64,000 bases of DNA from Vicugna vicugna. Lineage: Eukaryota. Position numbers and translations under genes: made by a program. Shown here piece by piece: positions 24,080 to 36,075 of the stretch (positions within the stretch are counted from its first letter, which is position 1; every line of letters begins with the position of its first letter). The stretch covers positions 4,574,276 through 4,638,275 of the forward strand of contig MU063101.1 in the NCBI GenBank assembly GCA_013265495.1, written 5' to 3'. The notes below the pieces were generated by a model. It did no database searches. It was not told the DNA's origin and saw nothing but the letters and a program-made list of their open reading frames with translations.

Positions 24080-24297
24080 CAACAGGAGAACCAGGGTAGG
24101 GGTGAGGTGAGTGCTGCTCCTCAATCAAGATCTGTCTTTACTTAAATTTTGATGTTTTGCTCATTATGGAGTTTTTGCATTAATTTTGATTTTTAATAGT
24201 GAATTAAAGTATCTTCTTTGCCGAGTGTTTTTGACACCCCCTTATGTTTTGCACCTGAGGAGTGTATCCCTTTGTCTTCCCCTCATCCCAGCCCTGG
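24080..24297 (-). mobile_element. hAT-Tip100 MITE (MER96B/MER91-like)
   Basis: gatctgtctttacttaaattttgatgttttgctcattatggagtttttgcattaattttgattttt...tttttgacaccccctta...ccctcatcccagccctg. Confidence 0.75.
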
Positions 24298-24384
24298 GAA
24301 GGTGCCATTGGCACCATTAACATAAGGGAGGAGAAAGTTGTTCCCTTTTTGTTCCCATTTTTCTACCGTCACTCATGTCTTCAT

Positions 24385-25000
24385 TCATTCATTCAGTAGT
24401 CTTAAATCCTCTGGTATCTGGCTAGCTCACTGTTAGCAATGGCTCCATAATACCTCAAAGTGCGGGTCACTGAGGTTCACAGAACATTTCCTACATAACA
24501 GGAAAGAGGCATGAACAGATGTGTCTCGGGTGCTATGTAGAAAGCAGAAGAGAAGGGAGCTGCTAAGAGCCCAGGGCCCAGTTACAAGGGCAAAGCACAG
24601 TCTTGGGTCGAGATGGTTGTGGCTTCAGTCTGCAGCACTGGCTGTGGACGTGGAAAGGGCTGGAAAGATTAAGGAGACAGAACCAGCGGGCATTGGTGAT
24701 TAATCAGATGCAGGAGATGAGGATGAAAGCGGATCGGGGGAAACTCCTAGCAGTCTGACACAAGTCACGGGGTGCAGGTCACGGCAGGGACGAGGTAGGG
24801 AAGCCCAGAGAAGGAGCCAGCTGGGCAGTACGAGTTGGGGGCGGGGTGGTTGGGTGAGGTGCTTGTGATACGCCCACGCGGGGTCCTCCAGAGAGAAAGC
24901 AGGGCTGGATATGCAGCCACAGACGGAGGCAGCAGCGTTTAGGAGGTAGGTGGGGATTGGGAGCTCAGGAGACGTCCTAGCAAGAACGGGAGAGTGACGA
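24385..25000 (-). mobile_element. LINE-2 segment
   Basis: cattcattcattca end; gagatggttgtggcttcagtc; gaggtgcttgtgatacgcccacgcggggtcctccagagagaaagcagggctggatatg. Confidence 0.8.
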
Positions 25001-25124
25001 CAGGGCCCAGGACCAAGCCCTGAGGATTTCGCAAACGGAAAGCCAAAAGGGATGGAGAACCAGTCACTATGCTGAGAGCAGTGGGCCGACACTATAATGC
25101 AGAAACAGGAGATTTGCATAAACT

Positions 25125-25430
25125 CAAAGAATCTCCCTCAAGATAATTACCAATTACAAAGGGGAAAAGAGTAATTTTAAAGTGGAGAGACCTGGCAGAC
25201 GCCACTTTAACCAAGTAATCAAAACCAACCTCACAGCAATGAGACAGATCTGTGTCAGGTGCCTGCTGGTGTGATGGGCTGAGAAGGACCCAACATCACC
25301 TCTGTGATTTCTTGCCAGTGACACATAACCTCAGTGTCATCGTGAGCAAACGTCAGAGAAACCCAAACTGAAGGACACTCTACAGAGTAACTGGTCGGTG
25401 CTCGTGAAATGTGCCAAGGTCATGAAAGGT
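25125..25430 (+). mobile_element. Old L1 3' UTR (L1MB/L1MC/L1ME type)
   Basis: aagtggagagacctggcagacgccactttaaccaagtaatcaaa...cagagaaacccaaactgaaggacactctacagagtaactgg...aaggtcatgaaag. Confidence 0.85.
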
Positions 25431-26589
25431 TTTGGTTTTGGTCCTGGAAGAAGGGAGGCTTGGGTCATGGTCTCCCAGAAAACAAATCGGATTTGCATTC
25501 TCATAAAGTGAGAAGAGCATCCTTCCAGAGCAGGATCCCCTGATTCCAGAAAAGGCAAAGAGCCCCGGGCAGCCAAGGAGAGCAACGTGTGGTTAACCAA
25601 TCCATTTGTTACTTACAGCTTACTTAGCAAAGGTCACCAGCCAGCCTTTGAAAGATACACAAAATGCCGTAAGATCCAGCCAGGAGACTTTATCGGACAG
25701 TCAGCTGAGACCTATAAAATGTTGTTAGCTGTGTCTTCCATGTCGAGGTGGAAGCTACATTTAAACATTAGCTGTTGCATGTCTGTTCTCTCCCCACGCG
25801 ACATAAGGGAGTTTTTTCCTCGTACAGAGAGACATGTGCAGTCAGACTACGAGAGTGAATTACTGCCACACCCCAATCACCCATTCATTCCATCATCCCA
25901 GATCTTCCAAGGGCAGCCAAGGAGTGGGTGACTAAGGATACAGTCCTTCACAAAGGGCATGCCACAAATCTCTACTCCTGTCACATATACCAGCAACTCT
26001 TTAGCCAAAAAAATTGGATGGCCAAACCCAAATTCAAGGACAGGAGGGTACATACATTTCACCCACCATGAGGCTGTGGCAAGGACGTGAACATAAAGTA
26101 CTAGACCAGAGTACTGAAGGATTGGGACCAGTCACATACACGCCCACATTAGGGCAGAGTAGCGGATGTCACTATGAAAACACAGGGAAAAAAAAACTGT
26201 TGATCAAGGGTAGTTAACACAGCAACACAAAAAATACACTTAACATCTGGGGGAAGGAACAGGGTTTACATGGGCCAAGCCAAACACTGGCGTTTGGATT
26301 TGTGGTTTCTCCTACACGAGTGAGGTTATTACAGTCGATCACAGAGGTTTCATGGTCCACATCACGAGAAATGGTCAGAGGAAGAGAGGGACCTTAGGTA
26401 CATACATTTTCCAAATTCCACTCGGATATAAAATAGAGGTCAGAACTAGAAGGTTCTGTGGCATCCTTTCCAGCTCTACCTTGGCGTGGTTACCAGTGTG
26501 CTGTGTGCCGGACCGGGGGGGAAGACATCAGGCTGCCCCTTGACTGTAACAGTCACAACATGTTGATGGTGGCACTGCCCCCAGCAGCC

Positions 26590-26770
26590 AGCGTGGTGTG
26601 ATAGAAAGGGCCAAGGCCTTGGAATCAGGCAAGCTGGGGCCACGTTTCAGCTGGACTTAGGACCACTGGGTGAGTCTTTCCCCTCTCTGGCCCCAGTTTT
26701 ACCATCTGTGAAATGAGACACATGAACCAGATGATGCTTATGTCCCTCTGATTCTGAGAGCTTGTGATCT
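26590..26770 (+). mobile_element. MIR/MIR3 SINE
   Basis: gcgtggtgtgatagaaagggcc...ccccagttttaccatctgtgaaatgag...ccagatgatgctta. Confidence 0.8.
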
Positions 26771-27750
26771 GACAAGCTGGCTGCATGGAAGGATCTGTGA
26801 TGCTCAGCTGGGAAGAAGGGGTTCGGGTACGAAGCACAGTCATCAGGAGGCGGTGAGAAGTGCTGATGGGAAGAGGCGAAGACGGAGTTGACAGAGACAC
26901 GTGGCTATGCTGTAGGGCTCCAAGTGCCTCCAGATGACCCCTTATCAATCATCCAGAGGCCTAGGTCATCCTCCCAATTCCTTCTTCAGGGTTAAGACAG
27001 ATCTCCAGGGTGAGAAGGGTCCTGAACGAGCTTCCAGCTGTCAACCCCACCCTTTCTTGAGTCTCCCTGGATCCCAAAGATCTGCGTGTCCACAACTCTC
27101 TCTCCCCACAAATGAGACCACCAGGGCCACTTTCTCCAGCAGCCAGGGAGAAGGGAAAAAATAATAACATATGCAATAAAAGGAAATTTTATACAGAAAT
27201 GTATTTTGAGGCTACGATAGGAAGTCCCTTTAGCAGGAGCCACAATTTTCTTAAATAATCGTTCCCATAATTGGCTACTTGTGGGAACAACTAATTGTGC
27301 ATGTAATCATTTGCCTGTACAACTCCGCATCAACCAGTAATTAAAGACAGAGCCGTCCTTGCTAAATTTGGCTCCAGAAATAACAGTAATATTTCCAAGT
27401 GCCCAATGTCTCCTTGCCAAAGAATTCTAAGCCCTGTTCAAATGAGTTTATTTTTTTAAAACATCTTCAAGAAGGGAGACCTGCATCTCTGCCCAAAGCC
27501 AACCCACGCTCAGAGAAGAATGCTTCTGGAACAATCCTCTGCTTGCACTTACTCCACCAGCACGTGCTGAGCGTTGGAGCATCTTCACTGCACTGGGTCA
27601 CACTCGTCCCTGATCTTCAGAGTCCTTCTCCCTGCATGCCCTCCCAGAGAAGGGGAGAAAAGAAATCACCTGACTTTGCAAAAGACCCACCTAATTATCT
27701 TCCCCAAGTCGCAGACAGCTTCCCAAAGAAGCTACTCCACACTATGGCAC

Positions 27751-27780
27751 CTCCCGGCCCCTCCCGGCCCCTCCCTGCCC
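27751..27780. repeat. Three tandem copies of a 10-mer (CTCCCGGCCC x2, CTCCCTGCCC); G-quadruplex-forming pattern on the minus strand
   Basis: Directly visible. Minus strand reads GGGCAGGGAGGGGCCGGGAGGGGCCGGGAG. Confidence 0.85.
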
Positions 27781-27947
27781 CCACACGGCCATCACATTTG
27801 AGAGTCGCAGTCCGCCCCCATCTGAAAGCTCACAGCAGCCTCTCTGCTGCCCTCCTGGTACCATGCTTGTGCACTTCAATCCCATCTCCTGCCCCAAGAA
27901 AGCAGGCAGTGTGGTCTTAAATTCCAAAGCAGATGATGTTACGGCCT

Positions 27948-28400
27948 TGATGGTGGGTTGAACTGTGTCTCCCCGAAAAGAACTGTCCGTGTCCTAACCC
28001 CCGGTACCTATGAATGGGACCTTATTTGGAAGTAAGGGTCTTTGCAGATGTAATTAAGGCTCTTGAAATGAGTTTATCCTGAATTTGGGACAGGCTCTCG
28101 ATCCAATGACTCGTGCTCTCGGAGGAGACAGGAGGGGAGATTGGATACACAGACACAGAGGAGAGGCCACGTGAGACAGAGGTAGAGACGAGGGTAGCAG
28201 CCACAAGCCAAGGATGCCTGGAGCCACCAGAAGCCAGAAAAGGCAAAGGCTCCTTGCCTACAGCCTTCAGAGAAAGCAGGGACCTGCTGACACCTTAATT
28301 TAGGACTTCCACCTCGAGAACTCTGAAAAAATAAATTTCTGTTGTTTTAAGCCATGAGGTTTGTGGTGATTTCGTGTGGACGCCCTAGGAAAGAAGTGCA
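27948..28400 (+). mobile_element. MaLR solo LTR (MLT1C/B-like), near full length
   Basis: tgatggtgggttgaactgtgtctccc...accttatttggaagtaagggtctttgcagatgtaattaag...aataaatttctgttgttttaagcca...ccctaggaaagaagtgca. Confidence 0.92.
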
Positions 28401-28401
28401 C

Positions 28402-28670
28402 CCTACTCAGCATCGTTCAATGGCTTCCATTCACACTTCAAATAAATTGCAACCTTCTGGTCTGACCCCTGATAACAGATCCAGCCTCTGTTTGTGCCCC
28501 GCCATGCCTGATGGCTACACCACGCATGACTCCAGAGATTTTCTGTTTGGGGAGCACCCCCAACTCCTGCTTTCACTGCTGTCCTCCCACTGCCACCAAC
28601 AGCAGCAACCCTTCCCTTCACTGCGTCACCTCCCCCTGCATCAGGCAGCCCTCTCTGCCCACCTGATCCC
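28402..28670 (+). mobile_element. L2 fragment
   Basis: cagcatcgttcaatggcttccattcacacttcaaataaattgcaacc. Confidence 0.6.
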
Positions 28671-29109
28671 AGTACATACATGTGTCCTATTGGTTCTGTT
28701 TCCTGCTTCTCTGGAGAACCAGCCCCCGACCCCAACCTGAGACGCTGTCAAGATTTAACGGGATCATTCGCACGGACTGTTGGGCTGAATGAAGGCCAGG
28801 GAGCACCTATTTCTGTTTCTTTGAGGGTGATGTGTGGAATGGAGGGTGCACTGCCATCCACTCTGCCTATAACTGAAAGCCCCTGGGACAAACGACTGGG
28901 ACAGATGACTAAGTGGTGTGACGAGAGCCCCACTTGTTTTCCAACATAAGCTGTTCCTAAGCCTCAAGCAAAGGCTACAAAGGGCAGCTGATGGTAGAAG
29001 AAGCAACACTCGTACTAGCAGTGATGGGGCCCAGTGATGGCTCAGTGAGGTCAGGCACTACATCTTCCTGAAATAATCCCCCACTAGGTGTCTCAGATCT
29101 CTACAGAAG

Positions 29110-29290
29110 CTGCTTCTGGCCCTGGATGATCTGCCTAACCTCTAGCCTCTACACATGGCCTTTCCCCCTCAAACTGCTCCCTAAGCCACGTTCCTTCCAA
29201 CCCCTGAATGAGTCACACTCCTTCTGCCACAGGACCTTTGCATGTGCCAATTCCTTCCTTTCATCCAAATCACTCCTCCCTCACTGTTTT
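29110..29290 (+). mobile_element. L2 fragment
   Basis: ggccctggatgatctgcctaacc...ccttctgccacaggacctttgcatgtgcc. Confidence 0.75.
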
Positions 29291-29459
29291 CCCAGACTGA
29301 TGCCAAGAACCTGGTTTGGAAGCTATTAAAGCCAAAGAATCTCATATTTGAAATATTCAATTTACATTCTTACAATAAACACCATCTATGGAGTGCTATA
29401 TTGAGTTTAAATTTTATCAGAACTCTCAAGGTTTGGTAAAGGGACGCAAGGTTTTAAAA

Positions 29460-29690
29460 CAGAGGCTAACAAACTTTTTCTGTAAAAAGAATAGTCAGAT
29501 AGTACACATTTTCAGCTTTGAGGTCAAATAGTCCCTGGAGTAACTATTCAGCTCCACCTTTGTAGTATGAAATGCTCATGCACAAAACAGAACTCAGTGG
29601 GTGCAGCTGTGTTCCAATAAAACTTTATTTACAAAAACAGGTGGAGGGCCAGATTTGGCAAGTGGGCCAGAATTTGCTGACTCCTGCTTT
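29460..29690 (+). mobile_element. MER58A hAT-Charlie MITE
   Basis: cagaggctaacaaactttttctgtaaa...gctgtgttccaataaaactttatttacaaaaacaggtggagggccagatttggc...tttgctgactcctg. Confidence 0.92.
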
Positions 29691-30146
29691 AGAAGAAGAA
29701 CCTTTAAACATCTAATGGTAGTCAACCTTGGTTTCGGCTTCTCTAATTCAGGCTACCCACCAAGTCAGAGAATTGGCAGACAGCTCCAGGGCTAGGGTGC
29801 AAACGTACATCAGCAGCTGTCGTCTGAGTTGAGAGCTCGAAGGAGAGTTTGAGAGTAAAAACTTGCAAGAGGAAGGTTTTCCCTCCCATTAAAAGTTAAT
29901 ATTTTAAATTATTTTCCCTTAAATAAATAGGTAATCTTTTGAGCCAGCTAATCCTTAATAAATTAGACTCTTTACACCAAACTGAACTGAGTGAGCATCT
30001 GTGTTCCCACAGCCGTGTCCCCTCACCCTGAACCTCTTTAAAGATCTATTGATTACTGCCAAGCCTCCATTGGTGGGATTAATTAATTTATGAACTTGTC
30101 ATTACAATTCATTGATCAGAACGTCCCTTCTTAAAGATTTAATTAT

Positions 30147-30286
30147 NNNNNNNNNNNNNNNNNNNNNNNNNNNNNNNNNNNNNNNNNNNNNNNNNNNNNN
30201 NNNNNNNNNNNNNNNNNNNNNNNNNNNNNNNNNNNNNNNNNNNNNNNNNNNNNNNNNNNNNNNNNNNNNNNNNNNNNNNNNNNNNN
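30147..30286. other. N run, 140 nt
   Basis: Direct count. Confidence 0.99.
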
Positions 30287-30782
30287 TCTTCTCTGATCTA
30301 TTCTAGTGGGAAAGAGACATCAGGCTGGACAAGAGACACCTGGTCAGGGTGGGAAGGCCTGGAAAACCTGTCAACCTTCTTGGTCACTCAATGGTTTTTA
30401 GCAAACAGCTTCAGTCACATGAGTGAGTCATCGAGACCACTTGGGTCACTGGCACCAGAAGAGTTGTCCATTGTGTCAAGAACGGGAATTCTGCCAACCA
30501 AAACTCTACTGTGTATTTAATTTTTCTTAAAAATACTGATGCATGAAAAAGTCTCCAGAGGAGAATTTCTTCTAAGATATTCTGAAGACGAAATCAAAGC
30601 TGTTCACTAAACAAACCACAGAGAGGCAGGGAAGCCTGTTGAAAGGTACAAGCACCCCGAAATCAGGCAGGTTTGGGCAGGATGGAGGGTTAGTTAGGGC
30701 CCTCCTTTCCCCTAGAAGAGTAACTTCATGGTGAAGGCTCCCCACTGGTGGAGCCCCCCAGCCTCCTGCTCTCCCAGCAGGG

Positions 30783-30848
30783 TGACTCAGGTGGGCGGGG
30801 TCTCCCTGGTGCCTGCTTGATGACTGTGTGAAGCCAATCTATTCAAAG
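30783..30848 (+). promoter_or_regulatory. Compact promoter/enhancer-like motif cluster (AP-1, GC box, CCAAT, TCF/LEF)
   Basis: TGACTCA 30783-30789, GGGCGGGG 30793-30800, AGCCAATC 30832-30839, TTCAAAG 30842-30848. Confidence 0.35.
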
Positions 30849-31177
30849 AAAGCAAGCTCTGGGAATTCACATCTTCTTTTCTCTCGCTCTCCCTTCCTGC
30901 TCCCCTTCCATCCCCGTCCCTTTCCCTCCAGATGATGTGGGGCAGCAAACTCCTCTTCAATCTCTAGCTTTCCCTTGAGTGGTGTCTCCTAAAACCTTCA
31001 CTCATGAGGACAAGGTGTCAAAAGCCCTGTTGACCATAAATCCATAACCACATTTCCCAACCAGTTTTGCAGAACTAAAGGTGATGCTTTTGTCTTCATC
31101 TGTTTGACTCCTGCGTCTATCAATTTAGTTCTGAATTTTTGAGTAAGAAAACATTGTTATTTATTAATCTGCTAAAA

Positions 31178-31378
31178 ATCCCACAACTTAACAGCTGTGT
31201 GACTTTGGATATTTTGCTCCATCTCTGTGAATTCAAGGTTCCCCAACTGTTAAAGTGAGGACAGTAGAATAACTTCCTTCAGAGGGTTACTGGAAAACAT
31301 TACAACGCCTTTAAGGACTTACCAGAGTAGCTGTCATCTACTTAGTAAGCGCTCAATACACAATGACTGCTAATAGTA
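31178..31378 (+). mobile_element. MIR SINE
   Basis: aatcccacaacttaacagctgtgtgactttgg...ccaactgttaaagtgagg...tagtaagcgctcaata. Confidence 0.8.
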
Positions 31379-31537
31379 TGTTCCTTAAAACAGGGAAGCA
31401 AAAAAGAACAACGTAAGGTCCCTGACCTCAAGAAGTTCAGCGCATTATCTCCACAATCAGAGTGGTTTTACACCAATAATTCCATCAAAATCTGTCCTTA
31501 AGGACACAGGAAGTAAGAGATATTAAATCTCAAAACA

Positions 31538-31660
31538 GGGAGGGTAAAGCTCAGTGGTAGAGTGCAGGCTTAGCATGCACACGGTCCTGGGTTCAATCTC
31601 CAGCACCTCCATTAAAAATTAGTAAATAAATAAACATAATTACCCCTCCCCCTTGAAAAA
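31538..31660 (+). mobile_element. Camelid tRNA-derived SINE (Vic-1 type)
   Basis: gggagggtaaagctcagtggtagagtgcaggcttagcatgcacacggtcctgggttcaatctccagcacctcc followed by the taaataaataaacataattacccctccccc 3' part. Confidence 0.9.
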
Positions 31661-32142
31661 GCTTTCCAAACAGTTCGTTTCACATCTGCTCCTTTCAAAA
31701 CAGCACTCCCCTGCCAGTGGTGTCCCTCCACCCCGTCTCCTGAGGCTGGTCTGGAGTGGAGGCTCTGGGAAGAGCAGACCCCATGCACTCAGTGGAGAAC
31801 CCACTGGTTGTCAAGGCCCAAAGCTGGTTTTGTCTGGGGAGGTGCAGCGGGGATGGGGAGAGAAGGAAGGGAAGCACTAAAGCCATCACAGGGGGCGGGA
31901 CAGAGCATGTTCAGGGCAGAGGGGGACAGGATGAAGGGACATGAGTTGCTACCCTGTGAAGGAAAAGAAGGGAAGACTGGGATGGGGATATGACCCATGC
32001 GGCACCCTTTAAGCTGCCACAGGTCTGTCATGCCACAGGGACCAAGTACGTCCTGTGTTATGATGATGTGCAGACATCATGGTACCACGGCAGACTTTGA
32101 GCTCCCACTGTGCACTCCACCTGCCTCGCCTTGTTGACTATT

Positions 32143-32305
32143 CCTAACAACCACCTGAGGCACCTTCTACCGTATTACAACTGTTTTACATGTGAGGAAG
32201 CTGAGGGTCAGAGAGGTTAAGCCTTTTGCCCAAGATCACAGAGCCAGTGGGTGGAAGAACCAGGACCCCAGATTCAGTCTATCTGGCTCCAGATCCCCAT
32301 GCTCT
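32143..32305 (-). mobile_element. MIR SINE
   Basis: ttttacatgtgaggaagctgagggtcagagaggttaagccttttgcccaagatcacagagcc. Confidence 0.9.
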
Positions 32306-32634
32306 AAAGCAGATTCTGGATCATTTCACAGAAAAAATATTTTCCGATGGGTATTGAATCAGCTCATCGGTGGCTTTCTGACATAGCCAGTTCCCAGTCA
32401 CTGCCAAATAGAGGCTGAACCACCCAAGGAGTGAGGTGGCTGTAAGTGGCACCAAATAAAATGAGGTTGAAGTTTTCTGAAACTGTAACCAAGTTCTCTT
32501 CCCACCCTGAGAGTCCATGATTCTAGCAGCACTCCTCATTTCTTCCCAGCAGACTTCCAGTGTTCACTATTAGAGGTGCGAGCTCAGGAAATATAATCCC
32601 CCCAAAGAAGATACTAGAAAGAGCATCAATTCCA

Positions 32635-33005
32635 CTGTTAAACAATGAGATTGAATACACTCATCCTGTGGAACACTCACTACTCGGCCACCAACAACAA
32701 CTTTTCACATACCTGAAACAGTGTCGTCAATAACAAGGAGGAGACACAGGACACAAGGTAGAATGCCGTATATATCCGTATATATGTAAGGACGTATCTG
32801 TGGTTTATATCTATATTTTCACACACATGAAAGAGATGAAGAAAGAGGCCAGAAGAAAGGAGGAGGAAGAGGAAGAATCTATCAAGTGTATGACAGTGAT
32901 TGATCTCTAACAGAATACTTAGGAGGTGTTTTGCTAACTTTCTTTATTCTTACCATTTTTTTTTCTGATTTTCTGCAATTACCATGAATTTATTCACTAA
33001 AAAGA
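32635..33005 (+). mobile_element. Old L1 (L1ME-type) 3' fragment
   Basis: atacactcatcctgtggaacac; gacagtgattgatctct; tttctgattttctgcaattaccatgaatt. Confidence 0.55.
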
Positions 33006-34229
33006 AAAAGACCAGAGATTTCAAGCTAGGCAATCTCTTGCTCCAAGAACACAAAGCAAGCTAGTTTTGGAGTTCATTTCACGGAGTCTGGTCACTGAGC
33101 CACCACGTTCTGCACTGCTTCCGGTGTGACTTACTCTGTACACTTTACAAGCAGGCTGGAGACACACTTGCCTCACTGGGGACTGGTGCCCAGGACCCTC
33201 ACAGGCTGCCAACCTGACAGCTGTGCCCGCTCCTTTCCCCTGACTTGTTCTGCCAGAGTCAGCCCATGCTAGTCTATGTGATGGCTTCACCTGTCACCTC
33301 CCTGACAACAGTTACCCAGACACACTCCTCTGGGGCTTTCTGTCCCAAAGGCCTCCCCATCCACGAGGGAGGAGGCTGCTCCAATCCCCTCTCACCAGAG
33401 ACAGTAGGAGTTGGGGCTCACACACCCTCTCCTCAAGTCCCGTCCTGCACATCTGGTCCTTTTCCTCAGATCGTCAAGAACCCTGACATGTCTGAGCCCC
33501 ACTCTCTGAGCAGCCTGAGAACATCTTCAGCCTTTCTGCTCCACCCAGCCCAAACTTTCTACAGATGTGATGCTTGCTGCTAACCTAAAGCCCTTGTCTC
33601 TTCTTTGTTGACTGTTAACTTGCTTTTGTTTGTTTGTTTTTACTTATCTGTTTGCTTTGGTTTCATGTCTTAACTCTGAACACAATCCTGCCCCACCTGA
33701 AAGAGGTGGGAATGATCTCCTTGTTTACCTACAACAGGATGTTTGAGAGAAAAAATGTAGCTAATCCTGAATGGAGGGAGGCCAAGGACTCCAGCAACAC
33801 GAAGGATCAGGACAGCACTCGGGGGCCAAGTCAGTGAGGAGGGCCTCCCGAGGCAGCACAGAGCCTATCAGGCAGCTGACTCTGCCTGCTCCCACTGCCT
33901 GGGCTGATAGTCAGAGCGGGGACGTGGTTCCCACTCTTCCCCAATAGGATGTGACTCCCATTGGGCTCCCGTGGGCTGCTCTGCTGGGGGCCCAGACCTC
34001 GAGGATCCCTGGACCCAGTTCTGAGAGTCCACGGAGCACATCTGCTCACAGAGCTCCTTTCCCTCATCCCAAGATGGGATGTGCCTCCACCCAGCTAGGC
34101 AGAAGCCTCCAGATCAGGAATGAACTTTCCCTCACCCCCAGCCAGCAGCTAAAGACAACCGGCAGAGTGGTGGTCGCCTGCAGGGTGTCCTTCTAGGACC
34201 TTCCTGCTCTCATACGAAGATCAGTGTCC

Positions 34230-34560
34230 ACACGACCTCCAGCAGCAGCCCACGACGTCCTCAGGCACGGCAGACGCGCCCGGCTGGTTCACAGCTCCGA
34301 GCTGTCACATGCATTGGTTCTATTTTTTTAACCTACTGAGAAAACAACTTGATATTTGTTATGAGTTTAAGAAACAGCCTTATTAATGACATCAAGCTAT
34401 TGAGCAGCGTTCACCGACTGTCGAATTACATTATGTAACGGAATGTGAAGCTCGATTTCCTTGTGTCACGCGAATAACGATTAAATTATCAGCAGATGGA
34501 AAGTCGTTCTGGGCTATAACAAGGTCCTATAAGGTGCTAATTAACTTGGTACCTTTCTAA
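34230..34560. promoter_or_regulatory. Candidate conserved enhancer: CpG-retaining unique segment with PAR-bZIP and homeodomain motifs
   Basis: 8 CpGs in 34231-34300 and 9 in the AT-rich 34405-34510; ATTATGTAAC 34430-34439; CTAATTAAC 34537-34545. Confidence 0.45.
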
Positions 34561-35129
34561 GGAGAGAACTTCTGCCAGATTTTGATAGGAAATGCTGCTG
34601 CCTGGGGATACTCAGTGGTCCTCAGGAGCACGTTTAGGACTTATTCTGGAGATTTTTTTCCCCTTTTTCCTTGTTCTTAGTTTCTGAGAGGAATGATAAT
34701 ATCATCACTCTACTGATTCTCCCATTTGGGCCCAAAATAAATACCACACCAGACGCTATCCGTTCTAGAAAAGAAGAAACCACCTTCCGTCAGTGACGCG
34801 GTGATGACTGACGTGGGTGAGATCATCAAACACTGTAGCCCAGCAAACGCATCTACAAGTCTCCAGAAACTTACGGCCCCTGTAATCTCTGCTGGGTGGG
34901 AGCTCAGGAGTACTGGTGGTCACTCCATAAACTTCCCTTCTTTTCTTTTCATGGTTTTAGAATTTGCCAGATTCCTCTAATCTGCAGATGGGGGTGAAGG
35001 CCAAGGTCGCCAAGTGCTCAGACTCTGCAAGACATTATTTTCTCAGTCTGCATGGCTCCGTGGTGAACCCCAGCTACTACACATCTTGTCTCCCCCCTTC
35101 ACCATTCACAGTGATTGACATAACACTTC

Positions 35130-35432
35130 AAAATGATTTTTACCTTTTTGGTGTGACAATTGCACTGCAGTTAGATTTTCACAAGCTGCCTTTATCATTT
35201 CAAAATGCACCTATGGACATATTTGTAGACAAAATGACAAGATATCCTATATTTATCCCCAAATAATCCAGTGGTGAGAGGAAGTGGAAGATATAGATGA
35301 AACAATATTTTCCATAAACTGGTCACTGTTAAAGCTGTATGCTGGGGACATAAGACTTCATTACACTATTAGCCCTTATTATCTCTATTTTGTATGTTTG
35401 AAATTTTTCATAGTGAAAGTTAAAATATATTC
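35130..35432 (+). mobile_element. Old L1 3' end (L1MB/MC-type)
   Basis: caaataatccagtggtgagaggaagtggaagatatagatgaaacaa...cattacactattagcccttattatctctattttgtatgtttgaaatttttcata. Confidence 0.8.
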
Positions 35433-35879
35433 CTAAACAAAAAAAAAAAAAAAGAGGATCAGGACTTGTGTTGCTTTCAATAAAGATTAAGGGAATAAAT
35501 TTAGGTTGATTTATTTTACAGTTAAGTTTGTTCCAAGGCATCTTTCAAGGTATCTCAGAAAAGAATATCAGGCACATAAGACCTAATATTGGGCAACATT
35601 ACTTGAACAAAATAATCCAAAACTTTATCTCAATACATGACTGACCACAGAAATTCTGAAATAGTCACATGATACCTATTGCTCATGGCTGTCACATGTA
35701 CAGAAAAGCTGGCAATAAATAAGACAGCCAGGAAAGGTCGGAGTGCCGAAGTGAAGGGCGAGTGCAGGCTGCTGTGGGAAAAGAAGTCTCCCCAACAGAG
35801 GGAAGGACAGTCCCAGACAATGTGAGCAATAGATGGATTCAGGGGAAGAACCTGCCTTGGGGTCATCTGGCATTTCAGT

Positions 35880-36075
35880 TTGTAAAGACAAGGGAGGGAG
35901 GGAGACAGTCACAACCTTCCGGTGAGGTAAGTGGGTACTGGCGGTCTGATCTTGTAGATGGAGAAACCGAGCTTCAGGAAGCTGAAATCCTTTCCCAAAC
36001 CCATGAAGTCGGTAAGAAACAGAGCAGGGATTCAAATTCTAGTTGGGTTTGCTGCATAGCCCACACTCTTTCTAC
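35880..36075 (-). mobile_element. MIR SINE
   Basis: cacaaccttccggtgaggtaagtggg...gtagatggagaaaccgagcttcaggaagctgaaatcctttcccaaaccca. Confidence 0.75.
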
